NCBI GenBank assembly: GCA_048538275.1
Contig: JBLYPW010000001.1
Span: 113,248 to 177,247 of the forward strand
Direction of reading: 5' to 3'
Source: Candidatus Komeilibacteria bacterium
GTDB taxonomy: Bacteria; Patescibacteriota; Patescibacteriia; UBA1558
DNA: 64,000 nucleotides
A program made the translations under genes and the position numbers. Positions 52,449 to 63,227 of this stretch are shown here, piece after piece. The notes under the pieces are model-generated. The model saw only the letters and a list, made by a program, of their open reading frames with translations. It was not told the DNA's origin and ran no database searches. Numbering within the stretch: position 1 is the first letter of the stretch; each line of letters begins with the position of its first letter.

Positions 52449-52916
52449 ATGAAGTTAAAAGTAGGTGATCAGGCACCGGATTTTTCGGCACTTGATCAAA
52501 AAGGTGAGGAACATAAGTTGGCCGATTATAAGGGTCGGTGGCTATTATTATATTTTTATCCCAAAGATGATACGCCCGGGTGCACGACTGAGGCTTGTAC
52601 TATCAGAGACAATTATGCGGATTTTAAGAAAATTAAAGCTGTGGTATTAGGCGTGAGCGTAGATAATGTTGCCAGTCATGTTAAGTTTGTCCATAAATAT
52701 AAATTACCTTTTATTTTATTGGCGGATGAAGATAAAGTAATTGTGAAGGCTTATGGCGCTTGGGGTAAAAAGAAATTTATGGGTCGTGAATATATGGGTA
52801 CTAGCCGTATTTCTTTTTTGATTGATCCGCAGGGTAAGATTGCTAAAATTTATGATCCAGTGAAACCAGCTAAACACGCCGCAGAAGTATTGGCTGATTT
52901 AGAAGAATTGGTTTAG
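52449..52916 (+). CDS. bcp: Peroxiredoxin Bcp
   Basis: YFYPKDDTPGCTTEAC. Confidence 0.95.
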   Translation: MKLKVGDQAPDFSALDQKGEEHKLADYKGRWLLLYFYPKDDTPGCTTEACTIRDNYADFKKIKAVVLGVSVDNVASHVKFVHKYKLPFILLADEDKVIVKAYGAWGKKKFMGREYMGTSRISFLIDPQGKIAKIYDPVKPAKHAAEVLADLEELV

Positions 52917-53198
52917 TGATTTTGGGGCAAGATGACAAATTGAATAAGTAAGTAGTTGCTTGCCATTATTATGACATTTTTATTTGATCTAGTTTTATTG
53001 GGTAGCAAGAGAATTGGTCTGCAATGTTTTGTGATTTATGATAATGTTTTTATTTGGTTTTTAAATTGTTAGCAGGGAGGGCAGCGTTGGGAAAGAAAAA
53101 AGAAGATCATATAATTATTGCTAAGCGATTAGTCTTCTCTTGGTTTTCAAAAACCCTTCGTCAAGGCGAAGGGTTTTTCATTTACTGATCAGTTTGAT

Positions 53199-54563
53199 TT
53201 AGGCAGCTTGGTCAATCAGCTTTTCAACTGCATCTATTAAATCGCGATCGCTATAATAAAGATAGAGCTGATCGGTCCAATCCGGATCATTGATATTGAT
53301 GGTCGGATCTACGCCTCGGCCTTCAATCGGCTGATTATCATCACGCAAGGTAACACTATTGACTAAAAACATTTTATAAGTTTCAGTGTCACTGATTTGA
53401 TTATCAATATCATAAACAGCCTCAATCGTACCCCAGCCACGTGATGTAGTGCCGACTAAAACACCCACATTATATTTTTTTAAAGTGGCGGCCATTACCT
53501 CAGCAGAAGATTGACCTAGCTCGTCTTGAAGAATGACGACTTTTTTGTAAGGCACCAAACTAGCCAACCAGGTGGTTTTGGTTTTATAGGGGGTATATTC
53601 ACCTTGATGATAGAATTCAAAAGCTAGATTATTGGGCCCGATAAATGGTCCCAGCAAATAAGGCATAATATCAATAGAGCCGCCGACATTACCGCGCAAG
53701 TCCAAAATCAGGCTGTGTAATTCTGTATGATCGGCAAAACTATCCGCCACTTGTTTTAATTCATTGGGTGTGGTGGGGGAAATTTTCTTAATGCTCAAAT
53801 GAAGTATATCCGGTTTTATTATTTTGCCGTAGACAGTCGCTTCCACGCCACTTTGATCATAAGTTTGGCGAGAAGATTCTTGTGTGAGGGTTTCTTGCGC
53901 GCGCTGCACTTTTTCCAGGTCTGTCTGGGCGGCTTGTTTGGTAGCTTCGTCTGCATTTGGATTGTTTATGGTTTGTTGTAGTGCATTGGCTTTGCTTTGG
54001 GCGGCGCTGGCGATTTGTTTTTCGTCAGCGTTTTTATCTACCCCGATAGTATCATACAGGTTGGTTTCCGGGTCAATATTTTTAACATTATTCCAAAGAG
54101 CGGTTTCTTTTTGCGTAGTATATAGACCACTGCGTCCGGTTGGTTGTAAATTGTATAATACAATAGTGGCTAAGTTAACGCTGAATTCTTGCTTGGCTTT
54201 TTTATCTGGTAATTGTTCTATAATTTGATCCAACATGATACGCAGACCGGTTTTGTCATTGGCAATAGTGACCTCTGGTTCGTGATCCAGCTTGGCCGCG
54301 CCCAGTTTATAAAGATTGAATAATTGTTCGTCACTAATTTTTTCCCAGTAGTTGGCTTGGATTTTATCATAAATCTCTGTTAAGAAGGCCACGTAGGGAT
54401 TAACTTGCTGCTCATTAATATTATGATTCCATAAATTTGTCGGCCACTGTAGCTGACGAGATAATAAAAAACCACTGCTGAGCAAGCCCAGAATGATAAG
54501 CGCGCCAATGATCCATTGCCAGTGACGAGCAATATGCCTTTGTTTATTCCAAGTTATTCGCAT
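53199..54563 (-). CDS. S41-family peptidase-like protein with J-like insert
   Basis: LILDLRGNVGG, SSAE, IEGRGVDP; NLYDTIGV...SRQTYD segment. Confidence 0.8.
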   Translation of the reverse strand: MRITWNKQRHIARHWQWIIGALIILGLLSSGFLLSRQLQWPTNLWNHNINEQQVNPYVAFLTEIYDKIQANYWEKISDEQLFNLYKLGAAKLDHEPEVTIANDKTGLRIMLDQIIEQLPDKKAKQEFSVNLATIVLYNLQPTGRSGLYTTQKETALWNNVKNIDPETNLYDTIGVDKNADEKQIASAAQSKANALQQTINNPNADEATKQAAQTDLEKVQRAQETLTQESSRQTYDQSGVEATVYGKIIKPDILHLSIKKISPTTPNELKQVADSFADHTELHSLILDLRGNVGGSIDIMPYLLGPFIGPNNLAFEFYHQGEYTPYKTKTTWLASLVPYKKVVILQDELGQSSAEVMAATLKKYNVGVLVGTTSRGWGTIEAVYDIDNQISDTETYKMFLVNSVTLRDDNQPIEGRGVDPTININDPDWTDQLYLYYSDRDLIDAVEKLIDQAA

Positions 54564-54638
54564 GGTTTATATTATAGTATAAAATAATAATCTTTGCCAT
54601 GCGTGGGCTTTTTTTGTAATCAATTGTATAATGAAAAT

Positions 54639-54953
54639 ATGAAGAAAAGATTGTTCAACTTCTGTTTTGTTTAGCCAGCTGATAAAATATTATTGGATAT
54701 GAAAAAAAGCGGTTTTGGTAGCAGTCATGGAAATGGTGGCATCGCTAAAATTAGCGAGGGATATTATCAGTATTGCTCAGCGGCAAGCAGAGGAAAGTCA
54801 GGCAATAAAGTCGCAATGGTTTTTTTGCCCGAAATTACTTGTATTCAGCTGTAATGGGATGATAAACTGTGTTTACCTTTGTATTTGCAGAGTAAAAAGT
54901 TTAGAGTTCGTTTTTAGTTTAATGATTAGGATCAGGTGGATCAATATAAAATA
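54639..54953 (+). pseudogene. Decayed NUDIX (MTH1-like) hydrolase
   Basis: MKKRLFNFCFV*PADKILLDMKKSGFGSSHGNGG resembles the LLGMKKRGFG..WNGFGG motif; internal stop and frameshift. Confidence 0.5.
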
Positions 54954-54963
54954 AAAGAAGTAG

Positions 54964-55551
54964 ATGAATTATAAAAATAAAATTGTTGATTGGCAGGAGG
55001 CGGCCGGCATTATTAAAAATGGTGGTATTGTTGTTTTACCAACGGATACTTTATACGGTGTGGTAGCCAGCGTTTGGCAGCCGGCCGCCGTAGAACGATT
55101 ATATAAAATCCGCCGGCGACCTTTGGATAAGCCGTGCATTGTATTATTGGGTGAGCAAAGGCAATTATTGGCATTTGATATTCATTTAACTGCCAAACAA
55201 GCAAATTATTTGCGACAATGGTGGCCGGGGGCTGTCAGTGTGGTTTTGCCCTGTGCTGGTGAGAAATGGCAGTATTTACATCGTGGTCAGGACAGTTTGG
55301 CTTTTCGCTGTGTGGCTGATGATAAGCTGCGCCAATGGTTGATTGAAACTGGTCCAATCATCGCGCCCACTGCTAATTTATCAAATCAATCGCCAAGCTT
55401 AACCATCGCTCAAGCAATGGACTATTTTTCTGATCAGGTAGATGGTTATGTTGATGCAGGAAGGAGAGAGGGCCATCCTTCTACTGTGATCAGTTTATTT
55501 ACTGATAAGCCTCAGATTTTAAGACCGGGGGCAATAAAATTGAATTTATGA
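54964..55551 (+). CDS. tsaC: Threonylcarbamoyl-AMP synthase (Sua5/YrdC)
   Basis: PTDTLYG, WPG, TANLS, PSTVI, LRPGAI. Confidence 0.92.
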   Translation: MNYKNKIVDWQEAAGIIKNGGIVVLPTDTLYGVVASVWQPAAVERLYKIRRRPLDKPCIVLLGEQRQLLAFDIHLTAKQANYLRQWWPGAVSVVLPCAGEKWQYLHRGQDSLAFRCVADDKLRQWLIETGPIIAPTANLSNQSPSLTIAQAMDYFSDQVDGYVDAGRREGHPSTVISLFTDKPQILRPGAIKLNL

Positions 55552-56474
55552 ATAATAGACTGTGGAATATAGATTTATTGAAATTTATTGCCATTATAAT
55601 GATGGTGATTGATCATATTATGATTAGTACTGTGGGACAGCTCAGTAATCCCTGGCAATTATTATATTTTAGTTTTGTGCCTTTGTGTCAAATGGCTTTT
55701 TTATTGTCTTCTGGCTATTTATTAGCTCGTTTGTGGCAGCCGGGACGTTGGCGCTGGTATGCTTGGCGGGCAGCTGAATTAGCCTTGTTGTTTATTGGTA
55801 TGAGCTGGGCGGTAGGCGAGAGCTTACTTGGCTCTCAGTCTATTTTAATGTCCTTTGCTTTAAGTATTGTGATAGTAATGCCTTTTTTACAATGGCATAA
55901 GATACCGTGGTTGTGGTGGGTAATAGCTTTATTTATAGGTTTGGATATATTAATGTGGCAACAAGGTGGTCATGGTTGGGGTCAGGCGTGGTTATCTGAT
56001 TATAGTTATCCGGTCAATTCTTATGGTTTGTATTTTATTCTGGGCGCATTGTTGGCCCATTATCAAGATCGTTGGCGGGCTTGGTGGCATAAAAAATCGG
56101 TGGGTCTGTTAGCTTTAGCTTTATTGTGTTTTTATCCACTGTTCTTTTTTTCCGGAATTATTATCAATAAATATAATTTGTATTGGCATTTGCCTTGGTT
56201 AGTGGCAGTTAGTACTTATTTGGGGTGGTATGCCATTTATCATTGGCCGACAACTACGCCACGTGGTTGGGGCTGGATTAGCCGCGTGGCCGATGCTTTG
56301 TTGTGGATTTATGTTGTTCATTATATTGTCTTATTTGGCTGGGCCACAAAGCATGATTGGCAATGGTGGCAAGCCAGTTTGGCGGTCTTGTTCATTATTA
56401 TAGTATTATCTTATACAAAAAAAGCCTGGCTACAATGGCGCCAGGCCAGAAAACATATTTTAGCGGCTAGCTAA
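55548..56474 (+). CDS. Membrane acyltransferase-like protein (DUF1624/TraX-like)
   Basis: IDLLKFIAIIMMVIDH, IYVVH, multi-TM. Confidence 0.7.
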   Translation: MNNRLWNIDLLKFIAIIMMVIDHIMISTVGQLSNPWQLLYFSFVPLCQMAFLLSSGYLLARLWQPGRWRWYAWRAAELALLFIGMSWAVGESLLGSQSILMSFALSIVIVMPFLQWHKIPWLWWVIALFIGLDILMWQQGGHGWGQAWLSDYSYPVNSYGLYFILGALLAHYQDRWRAWWHKKSVGLLALALLCFYPLFFFSGIIINKYNLYWHLPWLVAVSTYLGWYAIYHWPTTTPRGWGWISRVADALLWIYVVHYIVLFGWATKHDWQWWQASLAVLFIIIVLSYTKKAWLQWRQARKHILAAS

Positions 56475-57145
56475 TCATTAATACTAGCGCGGAAGATGTC
56501 TTCGTCCGGTTTGTGTGGTAAATGACGAATGCTATTGATATAATTTACCTTGATAAATCCATCTTTATCAATCGCAACTTTGGAAACAGATGATTCATAA
56601 ATTTCCATAGAAAGAAAGCCAATTACATCGGCATTGATAATGCTGGTAAGCATAGCGCGAATCATATTGCCATGACAAAACACGGCAATTTTTTTATTGC
56701 GATGGCGGCGCCAAAGTTTAGCTAGTTCGCGGCGCATTTTGGTTTGCACTTTGTCTAGCTGTTTGTCCAGACGGCGATAGCTATGCATTGTACGGTGACG
56801 ATTATTTTCTTGTACATTAAAATATTTTATTTTTTGCCATTCCGTCCAATCAAATTCATTGAGATTTTTATTGATATTGATACGATGATGAAAATCGCGC
56901 GTGGCTATAGCAGCGGTTTCTTGAGCGCGTTGTAAATTGCTGCTATAGATGATCTGCGGGTCAACTTTTAGTAAACGCTTGCGTAGGAGGCGGCTTTGTT
57001 GCTGTCCCAATTTTGATAAGGGCATAGCTTTATCGCCGACAATATTTTTTTGGGTATAGTCAGGATGACCGTGGCGAATTAAATAGATCTCCGTATAGGG
57101 TCCGGTAGCAGCTGGTTTATTGGTTTGGCGAGAGGATGTGGGCAT
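56471..57145 (-). CDS. Histidine phosphatase family protein
   Basis: LIRHG, SSNLQRAQETA, CHG. Confidence 0.9.
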   Translation of the reverse strand: MPTSSRQTNKPAATGPYTEIYLIRHGHPDYTQKNIVGDKAMPLSKLGQQQSRLLRKRLLKVDPQIIYSSNLQRAQETAAIATRDFHHRININKNLNEFDWTEWQKIKYFNVQENNRHRTMHSYRRLDKQLDKVQTKMRRELAKLWRRHRNKKIAVFCHGNMIRAMLTSIINADVIGFLSMEIYESSVSKVAIDKDGFIKVNYINSIRHLPHKPDEDIFRASIND

Positions 57146-57204
57146 ATGAAAATTAACATTTAACTTTTATATTATAATGTATAATAGGTAATTTGAGAAA
57201 TTTA

Positions 57205-58358
57205 TTAGGAGGTTAGAATATGTTTTATAGCTTGTTGGTAACGATTGATCGGCTCGGTATGATAATTATTCATCATAAATTCACGAATAGACTGGCTTAA
57301 TTTAGGATGATTAAGTTGATATTGTAGGCATTTTATTAAACTTTTAGCATCATTGGATGATAATAGTAATGAAGGGGCAACTTGTTTGATAATACTTGGC
57401 GTTGCGCCGACCCGAGTGCCTATCACCGGTAAACCGGCAGCCATAGCTTCTAAAGTAGCCAAGCCAAGACCCTCATAAGCCAAAGTGGGGAGAATGAAAC
57501 AGCTGGCTTGTTGGTAGTTTTTTTCAACTCTGCTTCGCTGAGAGCGCCTGTTAATTTAATATTATTATCCAGCTGTAGAGAATGGATTATTTTTTTTAAT
57601 TTATTATAGAGATAACCCTCTCCGACAATGATAAGGTGAGCTTGGGGCCAGATTTTTACCACTTCAGTCCAGGCATTGATGAGCCATTCTAGACCCATGC
57701 GCGGAACCAAACGGCGAACAGTTAAACAATTTATTTCTGAATTATCATTGGGCATAATATTGAAATATTCCGAGCTGACCGCATAAGGCATTAGTGTTAT
57801 TTTGTCCGGATTGACAGTGGGGAAGTGTTGCATTATTAAATGACGTGAGTATTCAGATAGAACCCAGATATTATTACTCTGGTTTAATAATTGTTTTTCC
57901 CAATGTTTTATTATATTAGCAAAGTGGGGCCGAGCAATGGTTGCTAAGCAGCGTTTTGTGATATTGCCGTGTTGCGCTTGATCCAATCCTTGATAGGCTA
58001 TTTCCAAAGCCGTGGAAGCGTGGAACATATAAATAAAGGGAATATTGCTTTTCAGTGATAACCAAGATTTTCCCAACACCGGGTGTTGAATTATCACCAG
58101 GTCAGGTTGCCAGTCACGGACGATTTGAATAAGTGGTTTTCTGCTATTATAAAAATGCGCCCAACTTTGATGAGAGCTAGCAGGGTAATATTGTATAGGA
58201 AAATTATGCTGGCTCGGTTTTTCATAATTAGCCACAGTCAAAACCTGAACCGTGTTGTCGGCTGCTTGCAGCCAGTCCGCCTGTTGAGCAGCTACTTTAG
58301 CCGATCCGCCCCGGCGCGCCGGCCATAATTCTTGGGTTAAAATTAAGATTTTTTTCAT
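57205..58358 (-). pseudogene. GT4 glycosyltransferase split by a frameshift
   Basis: N-part 57450-58358 (RRLVPRMG); C-part 57205-57483 (EGLGLATLEAMAAG); shift at an A7 run, 57518-57524. Confidence 0.8.
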
Positions 58359-58364
58359 CTTTAT

Positions 58365-59174
58365 AGAGGGTTTTTAATATTTTTAAGCGCTGGATTAGTT
58401 ACTGGTGTGTAAATTTGGGTAGTTTCTAATATTCTGATAGCCAAGCAACTCTTAAACATAGCGGATAGCAATGCCATTTTTTAATAAATGAGTGGTAAAA
58501 GAATGTCTGAGAGAATGAAAAATACCATTTTTTCTTATACCTGAATTGGGTCAGGCACTCACGAAAATTTTTTGTGCCGTTCTTGCAGTTAGTTTTTCAC
58601 CCCATTCGCTTTCAAAGACAAGATCGTTAGCTGATTTTTCAGTAATTCAATTTTTCAAACTATCAACTAAACTTTTTGGCATTATACTTATTCGGTCTTT
58701 TTGTCCTTTTGCTTATCTAATATACATTATTAGTTCTTCAAAATCTAAATCTTTTACTTTCAGTGTAATAACTTAGCTTACTCGTAATTCTGACCCGTAA
58801 GCAAGCGATAATAGAAGTTGGTGTTTAGTATTTTTGGGAGATTCTAAAATTCTGCTTAGTTCACTTTGAGATAAAACAGTAGGTAAATTTTTTGGTTTTT
58901 TCGCTGATTGAATTTCAATTTTTTGTAAATTTTTAACTATGTTGCGATAGTAAAACTTGATAGCGTTTAAAAATAAGTTTTTGCTTTGGGGTGAAATGTG
59001 TTTTTGTTCACAGTGAAGCAAAAAGTTCTTAATGTTTTCCTGATCAAGTTCCGTAAAATTATTACCTTGGAAAGAAAAATATTGCTGCAAGCCATAGAGG
59101 TAATTTTTCATGGTTTTGGGGCTGTAACTTTTGATCTTTATTTCTTGTTCAGTCTTTTGCAAGTTGGATTGCAT
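58365..59174 (-). pseudogene. Decayed tyrosine recombinase (integron-integrase-like)
   Basis: YSPKT..Y SAM-like N-terminus, LPTVLS, YGSELRVS*, and downstream HSLRHSFTTHLL..G..IRYV*ELLG with stops and frameshifts. Confidence 0.85.
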
Positions 59175-59597
59175 AATAGGTTTATTATAAGTATAATTAG
59201 CTTGATATTATGTAAAAGGAGCTTATCATTATTTCATATAATATACAAATTATTGCTTAATTATGAAAATAATTCGTATAATAACCAGTTAGCCAAAATT
59301 ATTAGGCAAATTTTTATTTTTTTTCGCACTAAAACAAAAATACTTAAATATGCTAAAATTATCATTTGGTATAAAGATGGTTTCTTTACTTTTGGTTTGT
59401 TAATATTTAAGAATGGTTTTTAAATAAAAAAATAAAATAAAAATTTGCCCCAATAATAACTAGCTATTGCCCAATTGTTTTAAAAAAATTTTCAAATTTC
59501 TTTAATTATTTTAAGATTTTTTTAAAATTTTTTGAAAAGAAAACGCCACCGAAGTTCCTAATGGAAAATGATGGCGTTTTTTTAGAACGAAATGATT

Positions 59598-59810
59598 TCA
59601 GTTGAAATGAGAGTTGGGTGCAACATATTTGGAAACTTTGCACTGGATGATCCCACCTGCACATAAAACCATTGCGCCAACTGTTCGCGCGATAGAAAAA
59701 AATGTTCCCTGCGGCCACGTTGGTGCGCTAAAAAGTTCAGCTTGGTGGGTTACGGCGTATGCCGATAAATATACGGTGGTGATTCCAATTAAAAATATGA
59801 GGTATCTCAT
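59598..59810 (-). CDS. Small membrane protein
   Basis: MRYLIFLIG... preceded by AAAGGAGG. Confidence 0.5.
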   Translation of the reverse strand: MRYLIFLIGITTVYLSAYAVTHQAELFSAPTWPQGTFFSIARTVGAMVLCAGGIIQCKVSKYVAPNSHFN

Positions 59811-60008
59811 TTTTCTTCCTCCTTTGTTAAATGACCATGTATTGTTGAGCATTAGTGTCAACTGGTTATTATACTCCAAACTGATAAAAATGTCAATAGC
59901 ACGCGCTAAAAAATTCGAAAAAGAGCTTATAATAAGGAAATTATATAGATTTTTTGGCAATTTATTTTAGGTCGAACATAGCTTGTGATATAATTTGATC
60001 ATAAAATT

Positions 60009-60209
60009 ATGGAAAATGAACCAAGACATTTATCGCCATTAGAACTGGCGAAGTCAAGAGAGCAATCAGCATTAGAAGAACATGCGCATTTAGTTAAAGC
60101 GCTTGAAGCTAATCCAAAGGACTCGGAACTTCGCGCCAATGTAGATAGAGCTTACGATGCATGGCAAGAAGCCAAACGTCAGACAGCTCAACTTGAAGGT
60201 GAAAAATAA
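60009..60209 (+). CDS. Small helical hypothetical protein
   Basis: 66-aa ORF with TATAAT upstream. Confidence 0.6.
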   Translation: MENEPRHLSPLELAKSREQSALEEHAHLVKALEANPKDSELRANVDRAYDAWQEAKRQTAQLEGEK

Positions 60210-60320
60210 ATTGCCAGAAAATACATTGAAGAATAGAAATTCCTGTTTACATCATATGACGGCGTGTATCTGACTTCGCTTAAATTTTCAAATTTTTTTT
60301 ATTAATTATAGAGGTATATC

Positions 60321-61862
60321 ATGAATAAAAAGATTATATTTATATTACTTAGTACAGTTCTGATAAGTTTTATCGCTCTTATAATATTTTTTATTTTTTC
60401 AAATCAATCAGAGCAAAAAACCACTGATAATACTATTGACGTAGACTCTATTGTCACAGAAACTAAAAAAGAAAATTTGCATCCAATGTCAATTGAAAGT
60501 TTGAGAAACAGAGAATATGTTGGTGGTGATTTTATAATTGAGGAAAAATTATCAAACGGAATAAATTATAAGCAATATATCGTGTCCTATAAGTCAGAGG
60601 GCTTAAAAGTTTATGGACTGTTAATGGTACCTTTGGTAAAGAAGCCTAAAAATGGATTCCCTTCAATTGTTTTTGTGCACGGATATATTCCGCCCAAACA
60701 ATATTCTACTACTGAGAGTTATCCAACGTATCCTGCTTATTTAGCAAGGAATGGATTTATTGTTTTCAAACCTGATCTGCGGGGGCATGGCAATTCGGAA
60801 GGGGACGCCGTAGGAGCCCATTTTTCAGAAAAATATGTAGTTGATACGCTTTATGCAATCTCTTATTTAAAAAATTATACAGACGTTGATCCAAACAGAA
60901 TTGGCTATTGGGGACACTCGAATGGAGGTGAAATTGGGCTACGCATGGTTACCATTTCGTCAGATATAAAAGCAGCTTCGTTTTGGGCTGGTGTAGTTGG
61001 TAGTTATGAAGATATGCTTGAAACATATAATGATAAAATAGGCTTTTTAAGAAATGCCTTCAGCGCTAGCCTAGTTATTGAAAATGGGCTACCAAGTGAA
61101 AATCCTAATTTTTGGAATAAACTAGACCCTTATTTGTATTTAAGTGATATACAGGCGCCTATCCAGTTACAGCATGGTACAAAAGATGATAGCGTGCCGA
61201 TTGAACTTTCTTTACGCCTTAAGGAAGAATTGGAAAAATTAAATAAGTCAGTTGAATATTATGAATATATTGGAGATAATCACGATATTAGTAATAATGT
61301 TGACATTGCCTTCCAAAGAACCGTAAATTTTTATAATAAAAACTTGCCAGAAATAAATAACATAATTCATGAGCCGATTAGCAATTCCTTAAAGCGTGTC
61401 ACTAAAAAACCATTTGGCATTAAAATTGACATCGATAATTCGCCGGTGCAGCCGGAAAAATTTTCTGGATATCATACTGGAGTTGATTTTGAAATTTTTA
61501 CTGAGGAAGAAAATTTAGAAACAGATATTTTAGCCATTTGCGTTGGTCCGTTAATTTCAAAAAGACAGATGACTGGTTATGGTGGCGTAGTAGTTCAGCG
61601 GTGTGAAATTAATAATGAACCAGTTACCGTAATTTATGGACATCTCAAATTGGAAAGTATTTCGAACAACTTAGATGATAATTTAGATCAAGGTCAAAAA
61701 ATTGGTATTTTGGGTCAAAGTTTTAGCACCGAGACTGACGGTGAAAGAAAACACTTGCATTTAGGAATTCACCGCGGGGAAAATATTAATTTATTGGGTT
61801 ATGTCCAGGATCCACAAGATTTAGTCAACTGGATTGATTATCAGAGTTTAATAAATAATTAA
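60321..61862 (+). CDS. S9-like alpha/beta hydrolase fused to an M23 peptidase
   Basis: HG, GHSNGG, HGTKD..V, NH; then HTGVD, YGH, HLH. Confidence 0.85.
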   Translation: MNKKIIFILLSTVLISFIALIIFFIFSNQSEQKTTDNTIDVDSIVTETKKENLHPMSIESLRNREYVGGDFIIEEKLSNGINYKQYIVSYKSEGLKVYGLLMVPLVKKPKNGFPSIVFVHGYIPPKQYSTTESYPTYPAYLARNGFIVFKPDLRGHGNSEGDAVGAHFSEKYVVDTLYAISYLKNYTDVDPNRIGYWGHSNGGEIGLRMVTISSDIKAASFWAGVVGSYEDMLETYNDKIGFLRNAFSASLVIENGLPSENPNFWNKLDPYLYLSDIQAPIQLQHGTKDDSVPIELSLRLKEELEKLNKSVEYYEYIGDNHDISNNVDIAFQRTVNFYNKNLPEINNIIHEPISNSLKRVTKKPFGIKIDIDNSPVQPEKFSGYHTGVDFEIFTEEENLETDILAICVGPLISKRQMTGYGGVVVQRCEINNEPVTVIYGHLKLESISNNLDDNLDQGQKIGILGQSFSTETDGERKHLHLGIHRGENINLLGYVQDPQDLVNWIDYQSLINN

Positions 61863-61997
61863 TCTGAAAGAAAACACTACGAGGACGCTGCGCTTTTGAT
61901 TTCTCACTTTTCATAGAACTTCGGATATGCCGAAACTTTATATTCAATTACCGCGCCTACGAAAATTTATATACTTTATATAATTAGTAAAAATATT

Positions 61998-62141
61998 ATG
62001 ATACAAAAAAAATGGATGTTAGGTTTTTTTGGATTCATAGGTTTTCAAGGAATACCTGGAATTATAAATGGGGACTGGTCACAAGCCATTTGGATTGTTT
62101 GGTTTGCATGGTTTTTTTATTTTATACCAAAAAGCAAATAG
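61998..62141 (+). CDS. Small membrane protein, 47 aa
   Basis: Hand-translated MIQKKWMLGFFGFIGF...WFAWFFYFIPKSK, between two attC-like motifs. Confidence 0.6.
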   Translation: MIQKKWMLGFFGFIGFQGIPGIINGDWSQAIWIVWFAWFFYFIPKSK

Positions 62142-62426
62142 GTTTGGCGACTTTGAAATTTACCTTCGGGAGTTTGTACTAAATTTCAGTCATTAGGAGA
62201 ATGTGGTAGGAGTTTCAAGGCTCTGTTTGGTCGCACCTTACTTCGCCCGAATTTTTACCTTTCTTTTCTTTTAGAATATAATAAGGAAGCGGAGAAAAAC
62301 ATCGCATACGCTGGAACGTTAGTTGAAATAAATTTTATCTTTAGTGATAATTTCAAGGTTATTGCTGTAAACAACGAAAAAAAATTTAATTTTTTATTTT
62401 TATTAGTTTTGAGAAATCTTCAATAA

Positions 62427-62726
62427 TTGAGCATAAAGGAAAAAAAGATGATTAAAAAAACGATCTCTACTGGTGTGGTGCATAGAGTGCCTCATGATTT
62501 AAAAAAAGTTTTACTAGCCAATCCCGGCGTGCTGCAAAAATGGAATAGCTTAACGCCTCTGGCTCGAAATGAGTGGATTTGTTGGATCACAATCGTCAAA
62601 AAGGATGAGACGAGAAAAAAACACTTAATACGTTTATGCGCAGATATGCGGCAGGGAAAGAAAAGACCATGTTGTTGGCCAGGATGTCCTCATCGCAGAA
62701 AAAATGCAAAAAAATTGTTTAAATAA
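62427..62726 (+). CDS. YdeI/OmpD-associated family protein (start probably 62448)
   Basis: VPHDL, LTPLARNEWICW, ETR, RPCCWPGC. Confidence 0.85.
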   Translation: MSIKEKKMIKKTISTGVVHRVPHDLKKVLLANPGVLQKWNSLTPLARNEWICWITIVKKDETRKKHLIRLCADMRQGKKRPCCWPGCPHRRKNAKKLFK

Positions 62727-63131
62727 AGGCTAAATCAAATCAAACCTTCCTTTTTATAATAAAAGACGCTGGCTATTTAGCCGGCGCCTTATTTTTAAAG
62801 TTTTTACCAAATTCCCCATGGTGGCATGGGGCAGCCAACATTGTAACCCAGAACTGACATTATAAATGGAATGGCGAACGTACCCATGAGAAGGTAGTTA
62901 TAGAGTTTCTGAAATATACCTGTTTTTTCTTTCACGAAGCGAACCTCCCTTGATTATTTTTTGACCTATCTGGTGATGTGCAGGTACCATATGAACGCTG
63001 ATATTAGCATCCTTTAAAGAAACTTAGCAAAAAAGTGTAAAGTTTTCAAGGTAGCTAGACATAACATAAAGGTTAAAGTAAAAATATCAGGGTAGTGATA
63101 TAGGCTATATAGAAAGATATGATAAACACGT

Positions 63132-63160
63132 TTGACAAATAAATTTCTATTCGCTAAAGT
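63132..63160 (+). promoter_or_regulatory. Sigma70-type promoter upstream of the tRNA-like RNA
   Basis: TTGACA-17 bp-TAAAGT. Confidence 0.6.
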
Positions 63161-63227
63161 GGGTAGGCTTGTTGTGCAAGCCACATTGTTCTTTAAATAA
63201 TTTTTGTAGAAAGGAGTATTGGCTAAC

